Shown here: in pieces, positions 35,822 through 44,869 of the stretch
How the letters are laid out: the number at the start of each line of letters is the position of its first letter
Numbering within the stretch: the first letter of the stretch is position 1
Assembly: GCA_964418945.1 (NCBI GenBank)
Contig: CAYQNR010000006.1
Coordinates: 985 to 64,984 of the forward strand
Direction: 5' to 3'
Length of the DNA stretch: 64,000 nt
Source of the DNA: an uncultured Desulfobacteraceae bacterium
GTDB lineage: Bacteria > Desulfobacterota > DSM-4660 > Desulfatiglandales > HGW-15
Position numbers and translations under genes: made by a program
Notes under the pieces: generated by a model
The model's input: only the letters and a program-made list of their open reading frames with translations
Told to the model about the DNA's origin: nothing
Database searches by the model: none

Positions 35822-37612
35822 TCAAGAGGATATTGAATCTTGCCGGTTTTCTTCAATGACATCAGGTGTACCGTCATAATCTAAATCCCTTTTTCTTTGA
35901 ATCAATGCCTCTGATTCGTCATATGTCTCCCAGAGGTCGGGGTTACCGTCAAAATTGGTGTCTTCCTCAACGGATGTCACCAGATTGTTCTTGTAATGAA
36001 ACCAGACATCTATTTCTCCGTCCAGGTTGTTGTCCTTTTCCGCCCTTATCGCTTTTTCATCCGAGTTATAATACCAAACAGTATTCATTCTGCCGGTAGA
36101 GCCTTCATCCCTTTCGATTCTAATGATTTTTCCACTCTCATCATAGAATACTCTTCTATCTATCTTGCTGTCACCATTATTATCTATCTCCTTTTTCTTC
36201 AATTGCGTTTCATCAAAAAAGGATCGCGTTTCCGGATAACCGTCGTGATCGATATCTATTTCCATCACCATGGACCATTCCGGCCTGTTGAACCATTGCG
36301 TCATTTCAAACCGACCGTCGCTATCTTCATCTTTCATGCGTTTTTCTATCTTTTCGGCAGTGTAAAGTTCCACCAAATCCACTTGCCCGTTTCCGTCTTC
36401 ATCTTTTTCAACCCTAGCTAGGCCTTCGGATCCAAAGATTTGCCATGTATCGAATCTCCCGTCCAGGTCGCTGTCGGTTTCAACCCTTTCCTTCTTCTCT
36501 TCGTCGTTGAAGAATGATCTAGTGTCGGGTGTTCCGTCCTTGTTTTTATCTTTGGTCTGCAAGTGCATCTTTCCGTTCTTATAAAGTATTTGGGTTTCCA
36601 GAAAAGCATCTCCGTCAAAGTCACAGGTTATCTTCGTCGGAATTCCCTTTTCGAAATACCAGATTCGATCGACGTGACCTGTGTGCTGGGAATCTTCACG
36701 GGCCTCCTTCACAAGCCCTTCATCGTCAAAAAAAACAAACCTGTCAAGTACTCCATCAAAATTGTCGTCGCTGTCTTGGGTAGTAGGGATGCCATTTTTT
36801 AAAGTTGTAAAGATATCAAAGTCTCCGTCTAAATTCATGTCCCTTTTTTGGCTTACCGGAAGGGAATCTTTAAAGGAGGTTATGGTTTCATATCGACCGT
36901 CTTCATCTTCATCTCTCTTTTCTTCTGAAAGCTCCCCCTCGACATAAGATCGAAAGGTTTCCATGCTTCCGTTCTTATCGGTGTCTAGACTGCTGCTAAG
37001 GGGGAGTCCTTCGGAGTCAAACTTTATAATATGATCCAGAAGCTCGTCCCCATCCTCATCCACCTTTCGCTCAACAATCATGTCATTTTCAAAGCTTTGC
37101 CACATGTTCACTTTCCCATCATGATCCGTATCCTCTGTAGAAGAAGAGAGTTTTCCTGCAATGTAATGTAAAACCAAATTAAACCGCCCGTCTCCGTTGG
37201 TATCCCTCCTACACTTCAACGGCTGCTCCTCTTTATCAAGATCGATAATCTCAATCAATTGTTCTTCTTGATTAAACCGTTCCTGACGAATAAATTTCTC
37301 TTCTACAAAGTAGTTTTTAACATCTATTTTATGATCAAAATCGCTATCTTGTTCTATCCTTACCACCTTGCCTTCCTGTATATATTGAAAGTAGTCCATC
37401 ACAGTGTCCGCGTTGGTGTCAGCTTCAATCATGACCATTTGCTGAGACTCGTCGAGGTGAATAATTTGGTCAATTTCCCCGTCATTATCCGTATCCCGTT
37501 TAACTTCAATAGCCATGGCCGTGTTGCCCCCTAAAGGCAAACAGATACCCGCCATACTTATCATTATGGCAAGCACTCCAAAAAGTACTTTTTCACAATA
37601 TTGACGTTTCAT
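35822..37612 (-). CDS. Secreted acidic repeat protein, ~23 tandem ~24-aa units each carrying a DxDxDG-type motif
   Basis: A signal peptide is present. The unit consensus read by eye is x-D-x-[DN]-x-DG-x-x-[DE]-x-[WF]-x-x-[FY]-x-x-G/E-x(5-7)-[ERK], for example RDTNGDGRFNLVLHY, EDTDHDGKVNMWQSF and KDEDSDGRFEMTQWF. Confidence 0.7.
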   Translation of the reverse strand: MKRQYCEKVLFGVLAIMISMAGICLPLGGNTAMAIEVKRDTDNDGEIDQIIHLDESQQMVMIEADTNADTVMDYFQYIQEGKVVRIEQDSDFDHKIDVKNYFVEEKFIRQERFNQEEQLIEIIDLDKEEQPLKCRRDTNGDGRFNLVLHYIAGKLSSSTEDTDHDGKVNMWQSFENDMIVERKVDEDGDELLDHIIKFDSEGLPLSSSLDTDKNGSMETFRSYVEGELSEEKRDEDEDGRYETITSFKDSLPVSQKRDMNLDGDFDIFTTLKNGIPTTQDSDDNFDGVLDRFVFFDDEGLVKEAREDSQHTGHVDRIWYFEKGIPTKITCDFDGDAFLETQILYKNGKMHLQTKDKNKDGTPDTRSFFNDEEKKERVETDSDLDGRFDTWQIFGSEGLARVEKDEDGNGQVDLVELYTAEKIEKRMKDEDSDGRFEMTQWFNRPEWSMVMEIDIDHDGYPETRSFFDETQLKKKEIDNNGDSKIDRRVFYDESGKIIRIERDEGSTGRMNTVWYYNSDEKAIRAEKDNNLDGEIDVWFHYKNNLVTSVEEDTNFDGNPDLWETYDESEALIQRKRDLDYDGTPDVIEENRQDSISS

Positions 37613-37617
37613 GGGCC

Positions 37618-38253
37618 CTATAATAATTCAAAGGTTACATTGAGCTCAATTACAATATCATCCTTGAAAAGGCGCGGCGGTGGCCGAGAAAAGGGATTGC
37701 TGTCCCTGACTGCCTGGAGCGCCGCCTCGTTTAGGACTTTATGCGGACAGGGTTTCACAATTTTCAGATCCCGTATAGTTCCCTCAAGATCAATCACAAA
37801 GCTAAGGATCACTTTCCCTTCTTTGTGTATGCTATAGGCTTCCTTAGGGTATTTTTTTTCTCGGTCTATTCTTAGGCGGACCATTTGGTAATAGTCTTGT
37901 TTTGTTGACAGGCCTACCCCTCCCGTCAGGCTGGAGGAGAAAGGAATGTCACCCAGACCAATCTTCATTTGATTGACATCAGGGATTTGTGTAGGCGTCA
38001 TTTTGAATGCTTTTGCATTGTCGGGTTTTTCCTCTGCCTTAGGAAGCAGAGGCGGTCTTGGTATTGCCCGGCTAAAAGGCTTTTGATCTTTTTGAAGGGT
38101 CAGTTCGATGTATCGCAGTGTTTTGGAGCTGTATATACCGGTGATATGCATGAACACCAAGGCATGGATACCCAATGAAACAAGGATCATTCCTTGTAGC
38201 AGCCGGTTAGGGCCTCTTCTGGCGTAATCAGTCGATGCTATCCTTAATCCCAT
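37618..38253 (-). CDS. tonB: TonB-family energy transducer
   Basis: It has an N-terminal TM helix, a Pro/Lys-rich linker (PRPPLLPKAEEKP) and a C-terminal TonB domain (YPKEAYSIHKEGKVILSFVIDLEGTIRDLKIVK...LNEAALQAV). Confidence 0.75.
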   Translation of the reverse strand: MGLRIASTDYARRGPNRLLQGMILVSLGIHALVFMHITGIYSSKTLRYIELTLQKDQKPFSRAIPRPPLLPKAEEKPDNAKAFKMTPTQIPDVNQMKIGLGDIPFSSSLTGGVGLSTKQDYYQMVRLRIDREKKYPKEAYSIHKEGKVILSFVIDLEGTIRDLKIVKPCPHKVLNEAALQAVRDSNPFSRPPPRLFKDDIVIELNVTFELL

Positions 38254-38824
38254 TATTCAGTTAATGTCTGGAACAGACAGTTTATGTCTCGTTCCGTATT
38301 CCAATGTTCTAAGCAGGTGATACCCAAGAGATCCGGGATTTGTATCCAGATTTTCAATCCACGGAGAATCTGGGGCCATTCTTGTAATTCAGCCATGCCA
38401 TGTCTGTCAAGATATTCGTAGACCTAGGGGGAAATCCTTAAATCTATTACATAAACCCTGCGTGAAAAAAACAACATATGAAAAACCACCTGACTTTCCT
38501 GTTATTAGAGGGTTTACAGAAACCAAATGAAATAACAGGAGGACACACAGATGGTTAAAAGACGAAACGAAAATATCACGAAAAAGCTTTTAGGTAAAGG
38601 TTTAAAATATAGTGAGTCAAAGGCCAGAAGAATCAATGTCTCCACCATCTTTGAAACTTGAACTGACCCTATTTTGACGCCCTTGTTTGCCTAACTAAAT
38701 GCTTGATATTATTACAATATATGGGGCCGAAATGGCTACTTGAACCCGCAAAAGGGCCACTTAACCTATGAAGATTACAAGATAGAATATCAATGGTAAA
38801 GGATTGGAGAAATTGGCGGATCAA

Positions 38825-39505
38825 TCAGCACATGGAATCAATGAGAAACTTGGCTTTGCCCGTTTCAGGGGCATAGGGTGCCAGTAGGAGGAATGTCTTA
38901 AACATGTTTACCGCCTTTGCCGGATTTCCTAAACGAAGATAGGCATAGCCGGCATAATAATAGGCATAGGCGTTATGAGAATCCAGTTCAATCGCTTTCT
39001 CCACTTCCTCAGCCGCCTTCTCGGCTTCATTCTCTTCTAAATAAAGGGCACCTCGAAAAGCATGGATATCGGCAGGATTGGCCTTAGCTTTTTGAGCAGC
39101 CTTAAGGCATTCCCACGCTTCCGGATATTTCTCCAATCCCAAATAAGCCCGAGTTAAAGCAATCTCCATCTGACCTTCATCCGGAATTCCGGCTTCTCCT
39201 GACAATGCCGGTTTATCAACGTGGGTCTTTGCCTTTTGGAACATGTCCAAGGCTTCCTGGTACTTTTCCTGCATCAGCAGGGATAGCCCCAGATAATAGC
39301 TGGCCCGGACATCAGCGGGCTTATTATTTAAAACTTCGTGAAGGGCCTCTTCCGCTTTCTCAAACTCCCAGGAATTGTAAAGCTCTATTCCTTTTTCCGT
39401 TTGCGCCAGAACCTGCAGGGACATGCCGCTTATTGATATGACAACTGCTGCAGACAGCACAAGAATTTTGCATAGCGTATTGGATTTATTCATTATCCCT
39501 CCCAT
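38825..39505 (-). CDS. Secreted TPR-repeat protein
   Basis: A signal peptide is followed by several TPR-like A/Y/L periodic units (ASYYLGLSLLMQEKYQEAL..., AYAYYYAGYAYLRLGNPAKAV). Confidence 0.7.
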   Translation of the reverse strand: MGGIMNKSNTLCKILVLSAAVVISISGMSLQVLAQTEKGIELYNSWEFEKAEEALHEVLNNKPADVRASYYLGLSLLMQEKYQEALDMFQKAKTHVDKPALSGEAGIPDEGQMEIALTRAYLGLEKYPEAWECLKAAQKAKANPADIHAFRGALYLEENEAEKAAEEVEKAIELDSHNAYAYYYAGYAYLRLGNPAKAVNMFKTFLLLAPYAPETGKAKFLIDSMC

Positions 39506-39800
39506 GATTTTCCGTTTGTCTATGTGTGAGGTATATAATCTGAAAAACCAATTGTCAATTGATAAGAAGTCCCTGCTTTGGGCGCCAGAGTATTTACAAA
39601 CTACCGTTGTGTGTCAATGACACTGGCAACATATAATATTGTAGCCGCCGATCTTTGCCAAGTTTGCTTCCCTGTTGAAGGGGTCTCCCTTTAATACCTT
39701 TATATCCTGAATTCAAAAAGATTTATTTGAATATGGAAAAAGGATTTCGGGAAGATTTTGTATTTAAGAACCAGAAGGGTAGGGTGAAAGGAATAACTGG

Positions 39801-39944
39801 TCAAATCCAGAAGTGACGGTTTGCAAAGGCATGCCCTGATCCGGATTTGAGGTAGCGTTCAAATCTCCGGGCCTGGGCAAGGGTTTCAAAGGCGATGTAG
39901 AGTTGATTTCGCGTAGCGTTAAAGAAGACCCGAAATGGAGGAAA
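39801..39944 (-). pseudogene. C-terminal remnant of a second small GIY-YIG gene
   Basis: The minus-strand translation PFRVFFNATRNQLYIAFETLAQARRFERYLKSGSGHAFANRHFWI* parallels PWRIKTSIAFTDKQKALDFEAYLKSPSGRAFAKKRL* of the adjacent intact gene. No N-terminal half exists, because an in-frame stop lies at 39945-39947. Confidence 0.55.
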
Positions 39945-39951
39945 CTATATT

Positions 39952-40197
39952 TTAGAGACGCTTTTTTGCAAATGCTCTTCCTGAAGGACTTTTAAGGTAT
40001 GCTTCAAAATCCAAGGCCTTTTGTTTATCGGTAAAGGCTATCGAGGTCTTTATCCTCCAGGGTTTATTTTTGACTGTATGGGGGTTCTGACCGGCATTAT
40101 GGGCCTTAAGGCGGGCTTCAAGGTTTTCTGTGAAACCGGTGTAGTAACGGTTAAGATCTTTTTCAGACTGTAGGATATAAACGAAAAACAATTTCAT
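39952..40197 (-). CDS. Small stand-alone GIY-YIG nuclease-family protein
   Basis: The N-terminus MKLFFVYILQSEKDLNRYYTGFTENLEARLKAHN carries the GIY...YTG motif in an ~82-aa protein. The longer ORF up to 40287 runs into the tmRNA terminator region and is unlikely. Confidence 0.75.
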   Translation of the reverse strand: MKLFFVYILQSEKDLNRYYTGFTENLEARLKAHNAGQNPHTVKNKPWRIKTSIAFTDKQKALDFEAYLKSPSGRAFAKKRL

Positions 40198-40306
40198 GGC
40201 ATGCCGAGCCGTAGCTTCGGAATTATTGAAACAATAATGCCCGCCTACGCTCTTTGAGCTTCGGCGTGGCAGCCTTCGCATCTCCACTTCGTTCCGAAGC
40301 GAAGGC

Positions 40307-40664
40307 TGGTGGAGGCGGGGGGAGTCGAACCCCCGTCCGAGAATATTCCGCTTAAGCGTCTACATATATAGCCCGATAATAGATTTTCGCCCCTGGTTCC
40401 CTGCCGGGCGAGGTTGCCAGAGACTAACCTGTATATAAATTTTCGCCTCACCGATCTACAGGTCAATGGGATCAGCTATCCTGCTGGATCGACGCCCTGG
40501 CCCGTCACGCAGGAAAGACGGCCCGGACGTTAGCCTCTTTTTACGCGGCTAAGGCGTACGCATAATCGTCTGCGTTTGTTTTAAGCCCACCCGTTTTACG
40601 AGCAAGATGGAACCTCGATATGCAACTTAAGCTTCTTTATCCCCGTCGAACCCGTTTCGCCCCC
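40307..40664 (-). ncRNA. ssrA: tmRNA (SsrA), 358 nt
   Basis: The 5' end is GGGGGCGAAACGGGTTCGACGGGG and the 3' end is GGACGGGGGTTCGACTCCCCCCGCCTCCACCA. The internal tag frame GCA GAC GAT TAT GCG TAC GCC TTA GCC GCG TAA encodes ADDYAYALAA*. smpB lies immediately upstream. Confidence 0.92.
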
Positions 40665-40695
40665 TTATTGTTGAAATGTTTATAAGTAATAATAT

Positions 40696-40724
40696 ATTTT
40701 AAACATTATTCAGGTTATAGTCAA
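40696..40724 (-). promoter_or_regulatory. Candidate ssrA promoter (TTGACT-N17-TAAAAT)
   Basis: Read on the minus strand. The -10 ends 31 nt before the mature 5' end, which is consistent with a processed precursor. Confidence 0.45.
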
Positions 40725-40945
40725 GGAGGCAGTTTTTATGGTGTGTTTGTTGTCCGTTGTCGGTTGTGTGTCGCCGAAAGCAAAAGCATAACCAATTAAG
40801 CAACATATATATAATTTTTTCCAAGTATTTGAAAATAAATATACGACTGACTACCGACAACAAACAACGGACACTACCAATCTTCCTCCACAATTTCGCA
40901 TAACAAATTTACTCTAATATGTCCGGCTGGGAGCTCTTTCCGAAG

Positions 40946-41401
40946 TCAAAAATTGTATTTCTTTTTTGCCTGCTCCATTTCCCTTTTTTGCTCTTTTTCC
41001 CTCAGGGTGTGTCTTTTATCCACCTTCCTTTTCCCTTTGGCCAGTCCGAGCTCGACCTTGGCCCGACTGCCGGAAAAGTAGATCTTTAAAGGAATCAGGG
41101 CGTATCCTTTCTCCTTCGTCTTGCCTATTAGACGTTTTATCTCGCTCTTATTAAGTAACAATTTCCTGGTCCTCTTGGGATCCAGAGCAAAATAATGGGC
41201 GAAAGGGTAGGGTGAAATATGAACATTATACAGGAATACCTCCCCGTTTCTGAGCCTGCCGTATCCATCCACGAGACTGGCTCGGCCGTCACGCAGGGAT
41301 TTCACTTCAGGGCCCAGGAGCACTATCCCGGCCTCCAAGACTTCATCTATAAAATAATCATGAAATGCCTTTTTATTCTGGCATATAACCTTATTGTTCA
41401 T
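40946..41401 (-). CDS. smpB: SsrA-binding protein SmpB
   Basis: NKKAFHDYFI...GIVLLGPEVKSLR...LYNVHISPY...DPKRTRKLLL... is the SmpB signature. The ORF is open up to 41422. Confidence 0.9.
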   Translation of the reverse strand: MNNKVICQNKKAFHDYFIDEVLEAGIVLLGPEVKSLRDGRASLVDGYGRLRNGEVFLYNVHISPYPFAHYFALDPKRTRKLLLNKSEIKRLIGKTKEKGYALIPLKIYFSGSRAKVELGLAKGKRKVDKRHTLREKEQKREMEQAKKKYNF

Positions 41402-41459
41402 AACAATCCTGATATTCAGCAAGGCCTGGCTAGAGGGGGACTGGTCAACAGGGACAAAT

Positions 41460-43262
41460 TCAGCTGTTACTCGTGGCCATATTCAGGGAAAGACCTTCTA
41501 CTCCGATTTCCGGTAATAAGGTCTCTGTTTTTTTGGCTATGAATTCTCTTACTTCCTTTGAGGTCGTCAATTTCAGTATCTCGTTTAGGTTCTCAACTGC
41601 CTCTTCATAGGAAAGCGAGCGGATGAGTTTCTTAAGTAAGGGGATTGCTCCGGTATTCATACTGAGTTCGTCAATGCCCGTACCTAACAGAAGGGCTGTA
41701 CAAAGGGGGTCACCAGCCATTTCACCGCAAAGGGCTACCTCTATCCCGTTGTCCTTTGCGGCTTTAACCGTCTGCATGATCATCCTTATGACCGCCGGGT
41801 GATAAGGATCGTACATGTATGCTACATGCTCGTTAACTCTGTCAATAGCTAGGGCATACTGAATAAGGTCGTTGGTCCCGATGCTGAAAAAATCCAGGTG
41901 GGCAGCAAGGCTGTCCGCCACCATGACCGCGGAAGGTATCTCTATCATGGCCCCGACCTTAATGCTGTGGTCATATTTGACACCTTCTTTTTCAAGTTCT
42001 TTCATAACTTCGTGAAGCACCTTTTTTACTTCAAGCAATTCCTCCAGACCGGATACCATGGGGAACATTATCCTGATTTTACCGTAGGCGCTTGCCCTCA
42101 GAATGGCACGTAACTGGCTTTTAAAGATACTTGGTTCCTTCAGGCAAAACCTGATGGCCCTGAGGCCCAGGGCCGGATTTACTTCATCTCCGAAGCCATG
42201 GTAGGATAGAAACTTGTCTCCTCCCAGATCCAGGGTCCTGATGGTAACTTGATCAGGTGAAATAATTTCAGCCACCTGCTTGTAATCTTGGAACAGCTCT
42301 TCTTCTCCAGGGACTGCCTTGCTCATTAGATATAGATACTCGGTCCTGTAAAGACCAATGCCCTCAGCGCCGTAATCTTTGGCGGCCGAAGCCTCTTCCA
42401 GGAACTCGATATTGGCCTTAATTGAGATCCTGTAACCGTCAGGGGTTTCCGCCGGCAGGTAGCTGAGGCGGAGCGCACTCGATATATACTTGTCATAGTA
42501 AAGTTTCCTTTCCTGATATGCTATGATAATATCATCGTCAGGATCTACGATTACTTCCCCCTTATACCCGTCCACGATCAAAAGGGTGCCGTCCTGCACA
42601 TAATTGGTCGCCGATTCAAGACCCACTACGGCCGGAATCTTAAGGCCCTGGGCTATTATAGCCGTATGTGAAGTCTTGCCGCCCATATCGGTTATAAAGC
42701 CCATGACCATTGATGTGTTAAGCTCGCTTGTGTCGGCCGGAGACAGATCATGGGCCACAATTATCACCTTCTCTTTAATCTTGGAGAGGCTTTCATATCC
42801 CTTGCCCGTCAAATTCCGCAATATCCTCTCAGTGACGTTTTCCACATCATTGATGCGGCCTCGTATATATTCGTAGTCTATCTCCTTAAATAGTTGTTTT
42901 ATTTTTTGAAGCGATTTCTTTAACGCCCATTCCGCGTTGATCTTTTCTTCCAGGATGGTATTGATAGTGGTATCCGAAACCATAGTGTCATCAACAATCA
43001 TTGAATGGGCGTCAAGTATGAAGGAATGTTCCTTGATCTGGTCCGACATCCTGTTTTTCAGGTCCATAATCTGGTTTTTGGTCAGTTGGAGGGCCTCCTT
43101 GAATCTTTCAACTTCTCTGCCTACCTCTTCGTCATTAATAAGGTACTGGTAAATGATTTTCTGTTGCGACCTGTCCACCACGCGGGCCCTGCCGATGATT
43201 ATCCCGGGAGAAACCGCTATTCCCTTTAATGTAGTGCCTTCTGTAACTGCATTATCGTTCAT
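41460..43262 (-). CDS. ptsI: Phosphoenolpyruvate-protein phosphotransferase (PTS Enzyme I)
   Basis: The active-site block GGKTSHTAIIAQGLKIPAVVG is present, followed by a PEP-utilising TIM-barrel C-terminal domain. Confidence 0.9.
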   Translation of the reverse strand: MNDNAVTEGTTLKGIAVSPGIIIGRARVVDRSQQKIIYQYLINDEEVGREVERFKEALQLTKNQIMDLKNRMSDQIKEHSFILDAHSMIVDDTMVSDTTINTILEEKINAEWALKKSLQKIKQLFKEIDYEYIRGRINDVENVTERILRNLTGKGYESLSKIKEKVIIVAHDLSPADTSELNTSMVMGFITDMGGKTSHTAIIAQGLKIPAVVGLESATNYVQDGTLLIVDGYKGEVIVDPDDDIIIAYQERKLYYDKYISSALRLSYLPAETPDGYRISIKANIEFLEEASAAKDYGAEGIGLYRTEYLYLMSKAVPGEEELFQDYKQVAEIISPDQVTIRTLDLGGDKFLSYHGFGDEVNPALGLRAIRFCLKEPSIFKSQLRAILRASAYGKIRIMFPMVSGLEELLEVKKVLHEVMKELEKEGVKYDHSIKVGAMIEIPSAVMVADSLAAHLDFFSIGTNDLIQYALAIDRVNEHVAYMYDPYHPAVIRMIMQTVKAAKDNGIEVALCGEMAGDPLCTALLLGTGIDELSMNTGAIPLLKKLIRSLSYEEAVENLNEILKLTTSKEVREFIAKKTETLLPEIGVEGLSLNMATSNS

Positions 43263-43534
43263 CTTTTTTCGCCGAATCGGTTTTTGAAAAGTAGGTCCAC
43301 CTCATTCAGTAATTCTTTAGAGTCTTTACCAACGGCCCTGACCTCTATCTCTGTTCCGCGGGGGCATGCCAGCGTGAGTATAGAAAGTATGCTCGCTCCG
43401 TCCACTTCTTGGTGACCATCTTTTTTGAAGTAGAGCTTGGATTTATATTTTTTGGTCAATTCCACTATTTTGGCTGCTGCACGCCCGTGCAGCCCGAGGT
43501 CATTGTTGATTTTTAGTCTTTTTGTATGTTCCAT
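43259..43534 (-). CDS. ptsH: HPr-family phosphocarrier protein
   Basis: 91 aa with the His site LGLHGRAAAKIV. A 4-nt overlap with ptsI is present. Confidence 0.85.
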   Translation of the reverse strand: MEHTKRLKINNDLGLHGRAAAKIVELTKKYKSKLYFKKDGHQEVDGASILSILTLACPRGTEIEVRAVGKDSKELLNEVDLLFKNRFGEKR

Positions 43535-43789
43535 CGGATGCCAGTAGTAGATATATGTTTACCATAAGGATGATCTTCAAATTAGCTCACCTTCAGTGGT
43601 GGATTAAGACATCGGGGTCTTCAGAATCCTATAAGACCCCCTCCCGATCTCCCCCTAACAGGTGGAGGAATAAAGATTCATACCCCGATCACTTGACTCC
43701 CGGACCTTTCTATCAAATAACTGGGAGAAGAACCATATTTTATAACTTATCAAAATATAATCCAATTAACCGCTTTTTTCTATCATTTT

Positions 43790-44719
43790 TTATCTGTGTT
43801 CCATTCCTTTTTTAATATTAAGACCTTCCCTGTATACAGCCCTGTAATTAAGCCCGAATCTCTGAGAAAGATGCTCGGCCACCTCTTTTACTCCCATATT
43901 ATTCTGTAGTAATCCTTTGATCATATCCCTTGTCTTGTGGGTAGGGAGACCTTCATTGCCACTTTTTTGCCTGCTGGCCACAATTACCGTGAATTCCCCT
44001 TTTAACATATGATCTTCGAAGTCTTCCAATATCAAACCGAGAGGCCCCCTTATTATTTCCTCATATACCTTTGTCATTTCCCGAAGTATGACTACATAAC
44101 GATCTCCAAGGATATCATTGAGGTCTTTCAGCATAGCCTTTATCCGATGGGGAGTTTCATAGAATACCATTGTTGCGGGCTCATACAGCAGGTCCTTTAT
44201 CTCCTTTCTTCTCTTGTTGGCCTTGCTGGAAAGGAAACCGAGAAACAGGAATCTGTCCGCGCTTAATCCAGAAACGGACATGGCGGCTATTGCCGCGGAA
44301 GGACCCGGTATGGGAGATACCCTTATACCCTCTTCCAGGGCACTATTAATAAGAAGGGCGCCGGGATCCGATACTACAGGAGTGCCGGCATTGCTCACCA
44401 GGGCAATATCCAAGCCCTTTTTGAGTTTCTCTATAAGTTCCGGGCCCCTTGATTTGCTATTATGCTGGTGATAGCTGACCAGTCTCCTCTTGATCCCGTA
44501 ATGGCTGCATAATTCCCTGGTGTGCCTGGTATTCTCAGCAGCTATTAAATCAACCTTTTTCAAGATCTTTAAGGCCCTTAAGGTTATATCCTCGAGATTG
44601 CCTATAGGAGTAGAGACAACATACAGGGTGCCCGAGTCAGGCCTCTGGGTCCTTGATTTTTTATTATTGTTTTTCATGCCGTGTATTGCTAAATCTTTGC
44701 TGACCTGTATATTTGTCAT
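43790..44719 (-). CDS. rsmI: 16S rRNA (cytidine1402-2'-O)-methyltransferase RsmI
   Basis: LYVVSTPIGNLEDITLRALKILKKVDLIAAENTRHT...VSNAGTPVVSDPG is the RsmI signature. The start may instead be the internal Met at 44677. Confidence 0.85.
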   Translation of the reverse strand: MTNIQVSKDLAIHGMKNNNKKSRTQRPDSGTLYVVSTPIGNLEDITLRALKILKKVDLIAAENTRHTRELCSHYGIKRRLVSYHQHNSKSRGPELIEKLKKGLDIALVSNAGTPVVSDPGALLINSALEEGIRVSPIPGPSAAIAAMSVSGLSADRFLFLGFLSSKANKRRKEIKDLLYEPATMVFYETPHRIKAMLKDLNDILGDRYVVILREMTKVYEEIIRGPLGLILEDFEDHMLKGEFTVIVASRQKSGNEGLPTHKTRDMIKGLLQNNMGVKEVAEHLSQRFGLNYRAVYREGLNIKKGMEHR

Positions 44720-44869
44720 TCCGGGCGTGCCCGCCCTGGTGCGACTTCCGGATAAATAGCAAATGTATGACTATTAATACACCTGTATAACTCTAAATCC
44801 AGCATTCTTTAATTACGGTCTGGGCCAGGGACCCGGAATCCAGAATGTTTGTCAATCGTCCCCTGAAAC

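Noticed and set aside
38254-40306. Genomic island or prophage integrated at the tmRNA 3' end
   Set aside because: No integrase is present, and I saw no direct repeat of the tmRNA 3' end (GGTTCGACTCCCC...CCACCA) downstream. Only the small GIY-YIG gene and its remnant are present.
40738-40791. 17-codon ORF MVCLLSVVGCVSPKAKA with a perfect SD and a lipobox-like VVGC
   Set aside because: It is too short for a signal peptide. It lies on the strand opposite the ssrA promoter, and its SD overlaps the promoter's -35 hexamer. It is probably coincidental.
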